A stretch of 64,000 bases of DNA from an uncultured Gemmatimonadales bacterium (GCA_963783385.1 CAWANJ010000009.1:32001-96000), one strand, 5' to 3'; counted from the first letter of the stretch, positions 21,078 to 32,299 are shown. Numbers and translations: made by a program. Notes: generated by a model not told the origin, from the sequence alone.

Positions 21078-21967
21078 GGTAGCGCTCCCCCGTGTCGGGC
21101 AGCATGGCGAGGATGGCGGAGCCGGGCTCCATCTCTCCGGCCAGCTCCAGCGCCGCCGCGGCGGTGGCGCCCGACGAGATGCCGCACGAAGATTCCCTCG
21201 CGCTGCGCGAGCTGGAGCGCCACGTCGCGCGCGCTCTCGTCGGTCACCGTGCGGATCTCGTCGACGATGTCCTCGTTCAGCACCTCCGGGATGAAGTCGG
21301 GCACCCAGCCCTGGATCTTGTGGGACTGGAACTCGTCCCCCTGGAGGAGCGAGGCCACGGCGGGCTCGGCCACGACGATCCTCGTCTCCGGCCGAGCGAG
21401 CTTCAGCACCTCGCCCACGCCGGTCAGGGTGCCGCCCGTGCCCCAGCCCGTGACCCAGGCGTCCAGGCGCCGGCCCGCGAAGTCCCGGAGGATCTCGGGG
21501 CCCGTCGTCTGGCGGTGGAAGGCCGGGTTGGCCGGGTTCCGGAACTGGCGGGCGTGGAACCAGCCGTGCTTCGCGGCCAGCTCCTCGGTCTTCCGCACCA
21601 TGCCCGAGCCCTTCTCGGCCGCGGGGGTGAGGATGACCCTGGCCCCGAGGGCGCGCATGATCTGGCGGCGCTCCACGGAGAAGGCGTCGGCCATGACGGC
21701 CACGAACGGGTGGCCGCGGGCGGCGCACATCATGGCGAGGCCGATCCCGGTGTTGCCGGAGGTGGCCTCGATCACGGTCTGACCCGGCTTCAGGGCGCCG
21801 GACTTCTCGGCGTCGTCGATGATCGCGAAGGCGAGGCGGTCCTTCACCGAGCCGGTCGGGTTGAACGCCTCCACTTTCACGAACACGTCCACGCCCTCGG
21901 GCGCGAGGTGGTGGAGCCGGACGACGGGAGTGTCGCCGACCGTGTCGGCGATGCTGTCGTAGATCAT
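21013..21967 (-). CDS. cysK: Cysteine synthase A (PLP-dependent); frameshift near 21190
   Basis: [48 protein letters not shown]. Confidence 0.92.
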
Positions 21968-22010
21968 GGTCCTCTCCGAAGGTGGATGTGGCGACGGCTG
22001 GCCGAGGGGG

Positions 22011-24164
22011 CTAGCGCGGCTCGCTGGCGGCGCTCGCCTGCGAGGCCCGTGCCGGTGCGCGCGGTGGCGAGGTGGGGACGGGGCCACGGTCGCGGAGGAG
22101 CTCCTGGAAGGCCGGCTCCTTCCGGAGCGGGTCCCAGACGGGGTCGACCCGGAGCCTCGCGGGCGAGAGTATGCCGCCGCTGGCCATGGCCAGGAGCTTG
22201 TCCAGGAGCTCGATGGCCTGCCGTTTCTCGCCCACCTGCGCGTACAGCTGGGCCAGGTAGGTCAGATAGCCGGGTCCGCTGACCGCGTCGCGCTCGACCG
22301 GCATGAGCTCGGCGGCGCGGCGCCCCTCGCTCACGGCCTTCTCGGCGTGGCCCAGCCCCGCCTCGGCGAAGCCCAGGGCCAGGTGGAGCTCCGGCTGGTC
22401 CGGGTGGGCCCCGAGGGCGCTTCGAGCGCGGGAGGCCACGGCCGCGTAGCTCGTCCTCGCGCCCGCCGCGTCGCCCGAGGCTCCCAGGGCCCAGGCGAGA
22501 TAGAGCTCACGGGGGAGCGCGATGTTATTGGGGTCGACCCAGCTGGCTGACGTATCCGCGCGTATCCTCCGGGCCGCCGCGGCGAAGTCCCGCCTGAACC
22601 ACTCGACAAAGAACTCGGCGCGGGCGTTGACGATGTACCGGTCGGTCCCGGGGGTGAGCGCCGCGTAGGCGGAGCCCAGCTCGTCCAGGTCCTCGCCCTT
22701 CCAGAAGAAGCGGTTCCAGAGGCGCACCAGGTGGATCTCCGAGCTGTCCCGCGCCACCCGGGCCTCCCTCGCGAAGACCGAGTCGGTCTCGGCGTAGCGG
22801 CGAAGCATCTGGTAGGTGAGCGCCAGCTGTGTGAGATTGTCGGGCTGGCGCGGATCCAGGAGGACCGCCTTCCGGAAGCCGGCGATGGCGGTCTCCCACT
22901 GCCCCAGCCGGCGGGCGATGGCGGCCAGGTCGACCTGGACCTCCGCGCTGCCGGGAAGGCTCCGGCGGGCCAGCTCCAGCTCCCGGCGCGCCCCGTCGTA
23001 GTCTCTCCGCCCCCAGTACAGGTACAGGGCCCGGGCCAGGTGGCCCTCGCCGAGGTCCGGCTGCAGGGCCAGCGCCCGGTCGGCGGCCGCCTTCGCCGCC
23101 GCCAGCCTGCCATCGGTCCGGTCGGGCGCGAAGAAGAACATCTCCATGTGCGCCTCGGCCAGCGCGGCGGCGGCCAGCGCGAAGGTCGAGTCCCGCGCCA
23201 GAGCCTGCTCGTACAGCCGAATGGCCCTGGGCATCTCCTGTGCGACCAGGGAGTTGTCATCCTTGGCGCGCTGGGCGTGGGCGTCGGCCCGCAGGTAGAG
23301 GTCGTAGGCGTTCGCGTCGGTGGTCGGTGGGGCCGTCACCCGCCGGCGCTCGGACGGCGTGAGACGGGCCTTGAGGGCGTCGGCCACCTTCTGCGCCACC
23401 TCTCCCTCCACGCCGAACACGTTGTCGAGTGTGCGCGTGTAATCCTGCGCCCACAGATGCGCGTCCGTGTGGGCGTCGATGAGCTGCACGTTGATGAGGA
23501 CCTGGTTCCCGGCCCGCTGGACGCTTCCCTCTAGCATGGTCGCTACGCCCAGCTCCTGGGCGATCTGCCGGAGGTTCCCGGGGCGGCTCCCGTACTGCTC
23601 CGTGGAGGTGCGGGAGATGACCTTGATGTCCCCGACCCCCGCCAGCTTGGTGAGGATCATGTCCTGCATGCCACCGGCGAAGTAGGCGTTGGAGCTGTCG
23701 CCGCTCAGGCTCTCGAAGGGGAGCACGGCCACCGAGCGGGCCGGGATGGAGTCGGAGGCCGCCGCGCCCGGCGACCCGCCGGCCGACGCGGCCCGGTGGT
23801 GGGGCCCGAACCGGCCCCAGGCCAGGACGACGACGGCCACGACGAGGCTGGCGATGATCGCGTTGTTGAGTCCGCGGCCCACCCGGCGCTCGGCCTCGCG
23901 CGGGCGGGCGGCCGCGGAGCCCTCGGGCACCGTGCGGCGCACGCCCTCCGGGGTGATCTCGAAGGCCCATGCCAGGACGAGGGCGATCGGGAAGAGGAGC
24001 GCGACCATCGCCACGAGGACCTTGAGCACCCAGGGAGGCGCGCCGAAAGTCGGGAGAAGGAAGGCGGCGAGCTGGAGGACGACCCAGCCGGCGGCCGCGT
24101 AGGCGACCGCGACCCGCACGACGTGACGCCGCTTGAGCTCGCGCAGCAGGTTGGAGCCGCTCAT
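22011..24164 (-). CDS. Membrane-anchored TolB-like/TPR protein, paralogue 1
   Basis: LRELKRRHVVRVAVAY plus TMs, SVAVLPFESLS, VISRTS, LEGSVQR, HLWA..Y, TPRs, DPVWDPLR.EPAFQ. Confidence 0.88.
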   Translation of the reverse strand: MSGSNLLRELKRRHVVRVAVAYAAAGWVVLQLAAFLLPTFGAPPWVLKVLVAMVALLFPIALVLAWAFEITPEGVRRTVPEGSAAARPREAERRVGRGLNNAIIASLVVAVVVLAWGRFGPHHRAASAGGSPGAAASDSIPARSVAVLPFESLSGDSSNAYFAGGMQDMILTKLAGVGDIKVISRTSTEQYGSRPGNLRQIAQELGVATMLEGSVQRAGNQVLINVQLIDAHTDAHLWAQDYTRTLDNVFGVEGEVAQKVADALKARLTPSERRRVTAPPTTDANAYDLYLRADAHAQRAKDDNSLVAQEMPRAIRLYEQALARDSTFALAAAALAEAHMEMFFFAPDRTDGRLAAAKAAADRALALQPDLGEGHLARALYLYWGRRDYDGARRELELARRSLPGSAEVQVDLAAIARRLGQWETAIAGFRKAVLLDPRQPDNLTQLALTYQMLRRYAETDSVFAREARVARDSSEIHLVRLWNRFFWKGEDLDELGSAYAALTPGTDRYIVNARAEFFVEWFRRDFAAAARRIRADTSASWVDPNNIALPRELYLAWALGASGDAAGARTSYAAVASRARSALGAHPDQPELHLALGFAEAGLGHAEKAVSEGRRAAELMPVERDAVSGPGYLTYLAQLYAQVGEKRQAIELLDKLLAMASGGILSPARLRVDPVWDPLRKEPAFQELLRDRGPVPTSPPRAPARASQASAASEPR

Positions 24165-24521
24165 GCCACTCCGGGGTGTCGGGGAGCGATCGCGGGGGCC
24201 GAAGGCTCCGGACCACCGACGAGGAACGTAGATTCGGCCCCAGGATGGCGCAATGTGGAAGGCCCCGCATGCTCCCCGGCACGCACTTCATTATTCGACC
24301 GGAGACGCGTCGCGGCGCGCCCGCGCTACGGTCGCCGATGCCCGTGCATCGCAGGGTCTTGCGGGAAGGATTCGGCGCACCTAGCCTTCAGGGTTCCCCG
24401 AATTCCTTGTCCCGGCCCAGCCGCCGCCGGCCACGTGGCCGACCCGGCACTTGACGAGGCTCTTCCGGCGCCGCTCCTGGCGCCGAGTCGCGTTCCCCAT
24501 TTCCCTACGGGAGGTGCCTGC

Positions 24522-25289
24522 ATGAGAGTCTTCCGCAACACGCTTCTCGCCCTGGTCGCGGCCCTGGCCGTGCTGGGCTCGACCCGGGTCCAGGCCCAGG
24601 CGCACAACGTGGCCATGGTGTACCGGTTCACGCCGGCGGCGGGCAAGACCGCCGCGTTCGAGAAGGCCCTCGCCAGCCACGCCGCCTGGCGAAAGCAGGC
24701 CGGCGATCCGTGGGACTGGTCGGTCTACCAGGTGCTGACGGGCGAACACGCGGGCAGCTACATGATCCGCTCGGGCGGTCACACGTGGGCCGACCTGGAC
24801 GCGTACGACGCCGGGTTCGGACCCAAGGGAAGCGCGCGCTTCCAGGCGAACGTCGAGCCGCTGGTGGGGTCCTGGACCAGCATGGTCACGGTCGGTGACA
24901 CGGCCCACGAGCGCCTGCCCGAGTCCGCGGGTGGCTATGCGATGATCTCGCTGTCCTTCTACTCCGTCAAGCCGGGTCATGGAGACCAGTTCGACGCGGC
25001 GGTCCAAGCGGTCCAGAAGGCCGTGGTGGACCAGAAGGCCCCGTTCCACTACGCCTGGTTCAGCGTCATGGACAGTGGGCTGGGCGGAGTGCGGGGGCTG
25101 GCCATCTTCCACAAGAACTGGGCGGACTTCCAGCCGCAGCACCCGAACCTGGGCGAGATCATGAACCAGGAGTACGGGCAGGCGATGGCCGGTCAGATCT
25201 TCGACGAGTTCAGCGGGTCCTACTCGCACATGGTGTCGCAGATCATGCGCGCCAGGCCGGATCTCTCCGTCATGCACGAGGGAAGCTGA
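24522..25289 (+). CDS. Secreted hypothetical protein with two dimeric alpha/beta-barrel-like repeats
   Basis: RBS GGAGG, signal peptide AQA; repeated F(T/S)..(AG/PG)K..FE/FD and WADLD/WADFQ motifs. Confidence 0.75.
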   Translation: MRVFRNTLLALVAALAVLGSTRVQAQAHNVAMVYRFTPAAGKTAAFEKALASHAAWRKQAGDPWDWSVYQVLTGEHAGSYMIRSGGHTWADLDAYDAGFGPKGSARFQANVEPLVGSWTSMVTVGDTAHERLPESAGGYAMISLSFYSVKPGHGDQFDAAVQAVQKAVVDQKAPFHYAWFSVMDSGLGGVRGLAIFHKNWADFQPQHPNLGEIMNQEYGQAMAGQIFDEFSGSYSHMVSQIMRARPDLSVMHEGS

Positions 25290-25398
25290 GACAGCGCGGC
25301 GCCAGGCTCGGTGAGCCCGGCGCCGCCTTCCGGGCTGGCTGACCGGCCGCCCGCGCGTTATCCTCGGATTTCATTCCATCCAAGATCCGGGAGGCTCC

Positions 25399-26325
25399 AT
25401 GCGCCGGACCCATGCCAGCGCCCTGCTGCCGCTCGCCCTCCTCGCCTTCGCCTGCTCCCGCCCGGCCGACCGGGCCGCGTCGGATGCCGATGTCGCGGCC
25501 ACCGCGCGGGTCGGCGGGTCCCCGCAGGAAGTCGCGCTACCACCCGCCGGTTCGGGCGCCGTCCAGGCCCTCGACGCGTCGCCCCGCCACGGGGAGTGGG
25601 ACATGATCCAGGTGGCGGGGGGCGACAGCGTGCGGGCCTGGGTCGTGTATCCCGAGCGGAGCGACGCGGCGCCCGTCGTGATCGTGGTGCACGAGATCTT
25701 CGGGCTCACGCACTGGGTGCGCGCGGTGGCCGACCACCTGGCCTCGGAGGGCTTCATCGCCGTGGCCCCGGATCTCCTCTCAGGCCAGACGATCCCGACC
25801 GACTCGATCGGCGACCCGCGCCGCGACGAGGCCGTGGCGGCCATCCGGAAGCTGGACCCGGCGCAGGTGGACCGGCGGCTGAAGGCGGCGGCCCGCTGGG
25901 CCACGGCCCTTCCCTCGGCCACCAAGAAGTACGGGATCGTGGGCTTCTGCTGGGGCGGCTCCACCGTGTTCGCGCAGGCCACGCGCGACCCCGACCTGTC
26001 GGCGACGGTGGTCTACTACGGGACCTCGCCGGACCGCGAGGCCCTCTCCCACGTGGAGTCGCCCGTCCTCGGACTGTACGGGGGCGACGACGACCGGGTG
26101 GTCTCCACCGTGCCGCCGGCCGACACGGCCATGCGGGCCATGGGGAAGACCTACGAGCCCCACGTGTTCGAGGGGGCGGGGCACGGGTTCCTGCGGGCGC
26201 AGGAGGGCCGCGACGGGGCGAACATGAAGGCCACCGAGCAGGCGTGGCCGCTCACGGTCGGCTGGTTCAGGAAGTACCTGGAGGGCGGGGCTTCCGCCTC
26301 GGAGTCGGAGACCTCGGGGAGCTGA
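25399..26325 (+). CDS. Dienelactone hydrolase family lipoprotein
   Basis: Lipobox AFAC, HEIFGL, GFCWGG, GAGHGF. Confidence 0.93.
   Translation: MRRTHASALLPLALLAFACSRPADRAASDADVAATARVGGSPQEVALPPAGSGAVQALDASPRHGEWDMIQVAGGDSVRAWVVYPERSDAAPVVIVVHEIFGLTHWVRAVADHLASEGFIAVAPDLLSGQTIPTDSIGDPRRDEAVAAIRKLDPAQVDRRLKAAARWATALPSATKKYGIVGFCWGGSTVFAQATRDPDLSATVVYYGTSPDREALSHVESPVLGLYGGDDDRVVSTVPPADTAMRAMGKTYEPHVFEGAGHGFLRAQEGRDGANMKATEQAWPLTVGWFRKYLEGGASASESETSGS
26109..26291 (+). repeat. 183-bp exact direct repeat, copy 1 (3' part of the DLH gene)
   Basis: Base-for-base identical to 32101..32283. Confidence 0.95.
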
Positions 26326-26383
26326 GGGGCAGCTCACGCCCGGCCCCTAAGGGCCGCCGCGCGGCGAGCCGGCTCGTCCCCGC

Positions 26384-26803
26384 TTACGAGCCCCGTCGAC
26401 CTCCCGGCGCCGACCGGGACCGCAGCCCCTCGCCGATCCGGTAGCGCGCGGCGAAGTCCTCGTCCACGCGGAACAGGTCGCCGAAGTCTTCGATGCGGTC
26501 GTCCTCGCTCAGGGACACCGCGCCGTGCTCGACGAGCTGTGACACGATGCGGCCGATGTCCTCCGAGGCGTGGATCCCCCAGCTCGCCAGCACCGTGTCG
26601 CCGAGGACTCCGAAGTACCGGGCCGCCAGCTCGAGCACGCCCTCGGCGCACTCGCGGGCGGTGAGTTGCCGGTGCTCGGGGAGGCGGGAGAGGGTGAGCG
26701 TGAGGCTTTCGCTCACCAGGGCGTAGGCCCGGGGGTCGTACCGGTGCCGCTCGACTCGGCGCCGCCGGGGCTCGTGGGATCGCTTCGCGGTCTCGTCGTC
26801 CAT
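26384..26803 (-). CDS. Minf_1886-like conserved protein, copy 1
   Basis: RYDPRAYALV, FGVLGDTVLASWGIHASEDIGRIV..LV, DRIEDF. Confidence 0.8.
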   Translation of the reverse strand: MDDETAKRSHEPRRRRVERHRYDPRAYALVSESLTLTLSRLPEHRQLTARECAEGVLELAARYFGVLGDTVLASWGIHASEDIGRIVSQLVEHGAVSLSEDDRIEDFGDLFRVDEDFAARYRIGEGLRSRSAPGGRRGS

Positions 26804-27132
26804 GGTCGCCCCGCGGTGGGGGGAAGGGAGCCGCCCGGTGCGGGGCTCCAGCTTCGCATCCGGCGTTCCGGCAGCGCTGCGAGATGCGTGGACACGATAA
26901 GTGCATGGAGGAGCGGTCGTTGCGGGGCGGCCAGTCGCGGGGAAGGGGCAGCGGGACGATCCGGCGCTCCCCTCATTCTGCCCGAGATGTGCATTCTGCG
27001 GGAGCCCCGGTCAGCCGCCCGCGACGCGGCAGGGCAGCAGGCGGGGCGGTGGCCGCCGCGGGGCTTAGCGGTGTGGGCAACGGCGTGGCAGGCGGGCGCT
27101 ATGGCTTCGGGGTTCGCGGCGGGCACCGCCCC

Positions 27133-27940
27133 TCACGCCCCGAGCGCCTCCAGCCACAGCCGCCGGACCTCGCTGGCGCCGCGGGCGGAGGGCTCGATCA
27201 CCAGGTGCCGCCAGTACCAGCGGGCCGCCGGGTCGGGCTCGGTGAGGCCGTGGCCGAGGAAGCGGTCGTGGATGGGGACGACGCTCGCATGCGTACCGCG
27301 GGCGATCGCTTCCACGCGGCGGTTGAAGGCCGCCAGCGCGTCGAGCTCGCGCGGACGAGCCACCCCGTCCCCCAGGTCGCCTGTCCCGTCGCTCGGGTCA
27401 TAGACCGTTCCCACCAGGATGGTCGCTGCAGGGAAGCGGGCACGGAGGTCGGCGACCACGCGCTCCAGGGTGCGGGCCGCCTCCTCGACGAGCTGGCGCG
27501 CCGGGCCGGGGGCTCCGAGGGGCAGGGCCCGCCGGGCCCACGCCCAGCAGCCCCACCAGGTCGTTCCCCCCGGCGGTGAGCGTCACGAGGACCGGCGCCT
27601 GGATCTCCTCCGGGATGCGTGGGAGCTGGAAGCGGAGCACGCTGGCGGTGGTGGCCCCATCCTCGGCCAGGGCCACATGCCGGATGTCAGGGCACAGCGA
27701 GACGAGATCCCGGCCAGCGAACGCCGGCCAGCGGCGGTCGTCGTTCCGGTGGAGGAGGGCGGCGGCGCCGAGCCCGGGCGGCATCTGCGGCAGGCGCTCG
27801 CGCTCGGCGGCGTCGAGGCCCGGGTAGAGGTCGATCGAGATGCTGTCGCCAAGGGAGAGGTAGGTGCGGAAGGCGGGGAGGAATGAGGGATCCTCCTCGG
27901 TCTCCGGCTGCCGGACGAGCGGGGCTCGGTTCACTTCCAT
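27133..27940 (-). CDS. SGNH/GDSL hydrolase, copy 1; frameshift at ~27500
   Basis: LGDSISID, DGATT, TAGGND, VYDPSDG, IEP.A.GA. Confidence 0.85.
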
Positions 27941-28361
27941 GGCTCCGGTCAGCGCTCGAGCCGAGGCACCTGCGCGAGAAGGCGGGCCAGCGTGCCGGCG
28001 CGGCGCGCGCGCCCCCGGAAGCGGGCGTGGGGGCCCAGCGACGTCAAGGGGAGGGCTCGTCCGGGGGATCGGCATCGAGTCGAGCCAGCCTGGCAGGCTC
28101 TCGCCCCGGGACTCCGCCGATCTGGCGGATGCGCATCGTGATCGGGCAGCCGCGTTGCCGCGTGCGACGGTCCGGCTCGAGAACGTCCTCGTCCCGTGAT
28201 TCCGCCACGTTCGGAGCCCCTGGGCGGCGTTTGTCGACCATTGACGTGACCCGATTCCAAAGATTTAGGCAGGGCTCAATTCGTGCGGTAGAGAGGAAGT
28301 ATCTACTCCACATTCGAATGAATGGCGCCCCGCGACCGGGGCGAACCTCCGGGAGGAACCG

Positions 28362-28682
28362 ATGGCTACCGACTGGACAGCCGACGTCAAGAAGTACGCG
28401 ACGAAGCCGGACGAGAAGGCGATCGCCGGCATCGTCAAGTACTGCGGACCGTCCCTCAAGAACCGGGACGCGGCGCTGGTCTCGTTCACCGACAAGGATG
28501 AGCTCAAGCGCGTGCGGGAGGGCTTCCTCAAGAAGAAGCTCGGCCTCACGAAGCCCGACGCCGAGCTCGACAAGGCGATCGAGGTCGTCGGCGGCAAGAT
28601 GAAGAAGGACCACACCAGGAACCGGGTCACCGTCTACTACCTGCTGGCGGAGCATTTCGGGAAGCTGCCGTCGCTCAACTGA
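28362..28682 (+). CDS. DUF2853 family protein
   Basis: GPSLKNRDAALVS..D..EL.RV...FLKKKLGL, RVTVYYLLA. Confidence 0.85.
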   Translation: MATDWTADVKKYATKPDEKAIAGIVKYCGPSLKNRDAALVSFTDKDELKRVREGFLKKKLGLTKPDAELDKAIEVVGGKMKKDHTRNRVTVYYLLAEHFGKLPSLN

Positions 28683-28792
28683 GCGCGGACAATGACGGCC
28701 GGGGGCGCGGTATGCCCCCGGCTCCAGGGCCAGGGGAAGGTGCGCTGCTCCCCAGGCCCACATCACCGGGATCCGAGCACGGGGAGGACACC

Positions 28793-29164
28793 ATGAGCAT
28801 CTTCGAGAAGATCCTGTCCAGGGTCTTCGGACCGGCGCCCACCGCCGAGCCCGAGACCGTAACCACCGGCGTGGCCACCGCGCCTCGGCCAGAAGTGTTG
28901 CCGATCTCGAGGGCCGAGGTCGAGGCCATGATCGAGAAGCTCGCGAGCGCGAAGAACCAGAAATTCAACTGGAGGGAGTCGATCGTCGACCTCATGAAGC
29001 TGCTCGGCCTGGACAGCAGTCTGGCCGCCCGCAAGGAGCTGGCGCGGGAGCTCGGCTACACCGGCGCCCTCGACGGCTCGGCGAAGATGAACCTGTGGCT
29101 GCACGAGCAGGTCATGCAGAAGCTGGCCGAGAGCGGAGGCCAGGTCCCCGACAGCCTGAAGTGA
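28793..29164 (+). CDS. DUF3597 domain protein
   Basis: MSIFEKI, NWRESIVDLMKLLGLDSSL.ARKELA.ELGY, MNLWLH..V. Confidence 0.9.
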   Translation: MSIFEKILSRVFGPAPTAEPETVTTGVATAPRPEVLPISRAEVEAMIEKLASAKNQKFNWRESIVDLMKLLGLDSSLAARKELARELGYTGALDGSAKMNLWLHEQVMQKLAESGGQVPDSLK

Positions 29165-29175
29165 GGGAGACGCCG

Positions 29176-29786
29176 ATGCAAGTCACGGACATCCTGGCCC
29201 GGCTGGGCGGACTGACAGTCGATGGCACGCGAGCTGGGCGTGAGCGAAGAGCAGGCGGCGAGCGGGACCGAGGCGCTCGCCCCTGCGCTCCTGGGCGGCT
29301 TCAAGAAGCAGGCGCAATCCCACCCGGCGGGCCTCGAAGGGCTCGGCGGCCTGCTAGGGCAGCTGGGCGGGGGCGACTTGCTGGAGAACGTGCTCTGGCA
29401 TCGCAGCCGACGGACGTGAGCCGCGGAAACGAGGTCCTCGGGCCAGATCTTCGGCTCCAAGGACGTGAGCCGGGCAGTGCGCGCAGCGCCGCGTCCTCGA
29501 AGACCGGGCTCGACCCGGCCCTGCTCAAGAAGATGCTGCCGATGCTGGCGATGGCGGTGGCCGGCTTCATGGCGAAGCAGCACGCGGCGTCCGCGGCGGC
29601 CCAGCCCCTACCGGCGAAGCGGCGAGCTCGGCGGCCTGGTGGACGGTTTCCTGGGCGGCAAGGGAGCCGGCGCCGCCGCGGCCGGGACAGGGGGCGCAGT
29701 GGGGGCTCGCCTCGCTGCTGGACCTGGACCGCGACGGCAACCCGCTCGACGACATCCTGTCCCTGGCCGGCAAGGCGCTGCGCTGA
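29176..29786 (+). CDS. DUF937 domain protein; several frameshifts
   Basis: MARELGVSE, LAPALLGG, GNEVLGQIFGSKDVSR, LKKMLPMLA, LDLDRDGNPLDDI. Confidence 0.8.
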
Positions 29787-29860
29787 ACGCGGGCGTCGCC
29801 GTATGAAGGACGGCCGGGTTCCGGGAGAGGCGGACGTCTCCGACGGGGAGGAGTGAGGAC

Positions 29861-30115
29861 ATGAGTTGGATCGTGACGCTGATCCTGGGCGGGATCGTCG
29901 GCTGGCTGGCCAGCATCATCATGAAGACGAACGCCCAGATGGGCATGATCGCCAACGTGCTGGTGGGTATGGGCGGCTCGGCGCTGGGCTACTGGATCGC
30001 GGGCCTCCTGGGCATGGCGCCGACGGGCGGGATCGGGCGCTTCATCGTGGCGCTGATCGGCGCGGTGATCCTGATCTTCCTTCTGCGCAAGGTCGGGATG
30101 TTTCGGAAGGCGTGA
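29861..30115 (+). CDS. GlsB/YeaQ/YmgE family stress-response membrane protein
   Basis: LILGGIVGWLAS, NVLVG..GS.LG, IVALIGAVIL. Confidence 0.92.
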   Translation: MSWIVTLILGGIVGWLASIIMKTNAQMGMIANVLVGMGGSALGYWIAGLLGMAPTGGIGRFIVALIGAVILIFLLRKVGMFRKA

Positions 30116-30128
30116 GAGCCGCCGAGGG

Positions 30129-32100
30129 TCAGTCCTGCTCGGTCGTCGAGCTGCTCGAGGCCGGCGGTGGGGGCGAGGCCTGACGCGTCAGCGTCTGGAA
30201 GGCCGGCTCCTTCCGGAGCGCGTCCCAGGTGGGGTCGATGCGGAGCCTGGTGCGGGACATGATGCCCCCGGCCGGGAGGTCCAGGAGCTGCCCGAGGAGG
30301 CCGATCGCGGCCTCCTTGTCCCCGACCCGCGTGTCGATCCACGCCATCCACACCAGGAACTCGGGGCCCGTCACGGCGTCGCGGCTCACCGGCATGAGCT
30401 CGAGCGCGCCCCGGCCCTCGCTCAGCGCCTCGTCCTTCCGGCCCAGCCCGGCGGCGGCCAGGGCCAGGTGGAGGTCCGCGTCGTCCGGCCGCTTCGCGAG
30501 GAGCGTCCGCACCCGGGCGCGAACGGCCGCGTAGCTCTCGCGCGCGGGCCCGGTCCGACCGGCCCGCTCCTGGGCCATGCCCATGTACAGGAGGCGGGGG
30601 AGCACGACGTTGTTGCGCGAGGCCCAGTTCGTCGTGGTGTCCGAGCGCGCCGCCTCCACCGCCGCGCTGAAGTCGCGGCGGAGGTAGGCCAGCCAGTAGC
30701 GGTCCGTCAAGGTGAGGGCGTAGTCGGGGCTCCCGGACTTCACGCGGGCGAGGACGGCGGCGATGGGCCCCAGGTCTCCCGACCGGTACACGGCGTTCCA
30801 TCCCCGGAACCCCTCATCGGAGAGTGTGTCGCCGTCGATGGCCAGCGCCCGTTCCGAGGCCGAGTCCGCCGCGTCGTAGCGCCGCAGCATCTGGTAGGTG
30901 AGCGACAGCTGGCCGTAAGGGCCGGGATCGCGCGGGTCGAGCAGGGCGGCCCGCTTGAAGGCGTCCACGGCCTTCTCCATCGCCCCCTGGCGGCGAAGGA
31001 TCGCCGCCAGGCTGAGCTCGACCTGGGCGCTGTTGGGCAGCGCTTGCCGGGCCAACTCGAGCTGGGCGACGGCGGCGTCGTAGTCCCGGTGGCCCCAGTA
31101 CTCGTATTCGGCCAGCGCCTGGTGGCCCTCGCCCAGGTCGGGCTGCAGAGCCAGGGATCGGTCGGCCGCGGCCTTCGCGGCCGCCAGGCGGGCCCCGGTT
31201 CGGTCCGGGGCGAACCAGTACATGGCCAGGTGCGCCTGGGCGAGCTCCGCCCACGCCAGCGCGAAGGTCGAGTCGCGAGCCAGCGCCTGCTCGTACAGTC
31301 GGATGGCCGGGGGCATCTCCTCCGTCGTCCGGCCGTTGTTGTCGGTCCCCCGGCGGAAGTGGGCGTCGGCCTTGAGGTAGAGCTCGTAGGCGGCCGCGTT
31401 CGTGGTCGGCGGGGCGGCCACGCGCTCGCGCTCGGACGCCGTGAGGCGGGCCTGGAGCGCGTCTGCCACCTTGCCCGCCACCTCGCCCTCGACCCCGAAC
31501 ACGTTGTCGAGCGTGCGCGTGTAGTACTGCGCCCACAGGTGGCCGTTCGTGCGGGCGTTGATGAGCTGGACGTTGATGAGCACCTGGTTCCCCGAGCGTT
31601 GCACGCTCCCCTCGAGAACCGCGGCGACGCCCAGCTCCCGGCCCACGCTCCGCAGGTCCTCCGGCTGGCTGCCGTAGCGCTCCGTCGACGTGCGCGCGAT
31701 GACCTTGAGATCGCCCAGACCCGCGAGCTTGGTCAGGATCATGTCCTGCATGCCGCCGGCGAAGAAGGCGTTGGCGCTGTCGGTGCTCAGGTTCTCGAAC
31801 GGGAGGACCGCGATCGAGCGGGCCGGAATGGAATCGGCCTCCGGGGAGGACCCGGAGGCCCGGTCCGCGGCCCCGGACGCGAAGTCGACCGCGTGTCCCG
31901 GCCCGAAGCGGCTCCAGGCGAGGACCGCGACGGCCACCAGGAGGCCGGCAATGATCGCCACGTTGAGGCCCCGGCCTACACCGCGGGCGACCTCCGGGGG
32001 ACGGGCGGCCGTGGTGCCCTCGGGCACCGACCTCCGCACGCCCTCGGGCGTGATCTCGAACGCCCACGCGAGGATCAGAGCGACCGGGAACAGGATCCCG
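30129..32100 (-). pseudogene. TolB-like/TPR protein, paralogue 2, lacking the first ~55 codons
   Basis: Collinear with 22011..24164 from ILFPVALILAWAFEITPEG onward; the upstream part is replaced at 32100/32101 by DLH sequence. Confidence 0.8.
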
Positions 32101-32299
32101 CGTGCCGCCGGCCGACACGGCCATGCGGGCCATGGGGAAGACCTACGAGCCCCACGTGTTCGAGGGGGCGGGGCACGGGTTCCTGCGGGCGCAGGAGGGC
32201 CGCGACGGGGCGAACATGAAGGCCACCGAGCAGGCGTGGCCGCTCACGGTCGGCTGGTTCAGGAAGTACCTGGAGGGCGGGGCGGCCGAGGGGGGCTGA
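32101..32299 (+). pseudogene. 3' fragment of dienelactone hydrolase (contains the 183-bp exact repeat, copy 2, at 32101..32283)
   Basis: PPADTAMRAMGKTYEPH..WFRKYLEGGA identical to the gene at 25399..26325; no 5' part. Confidence 0.9.
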
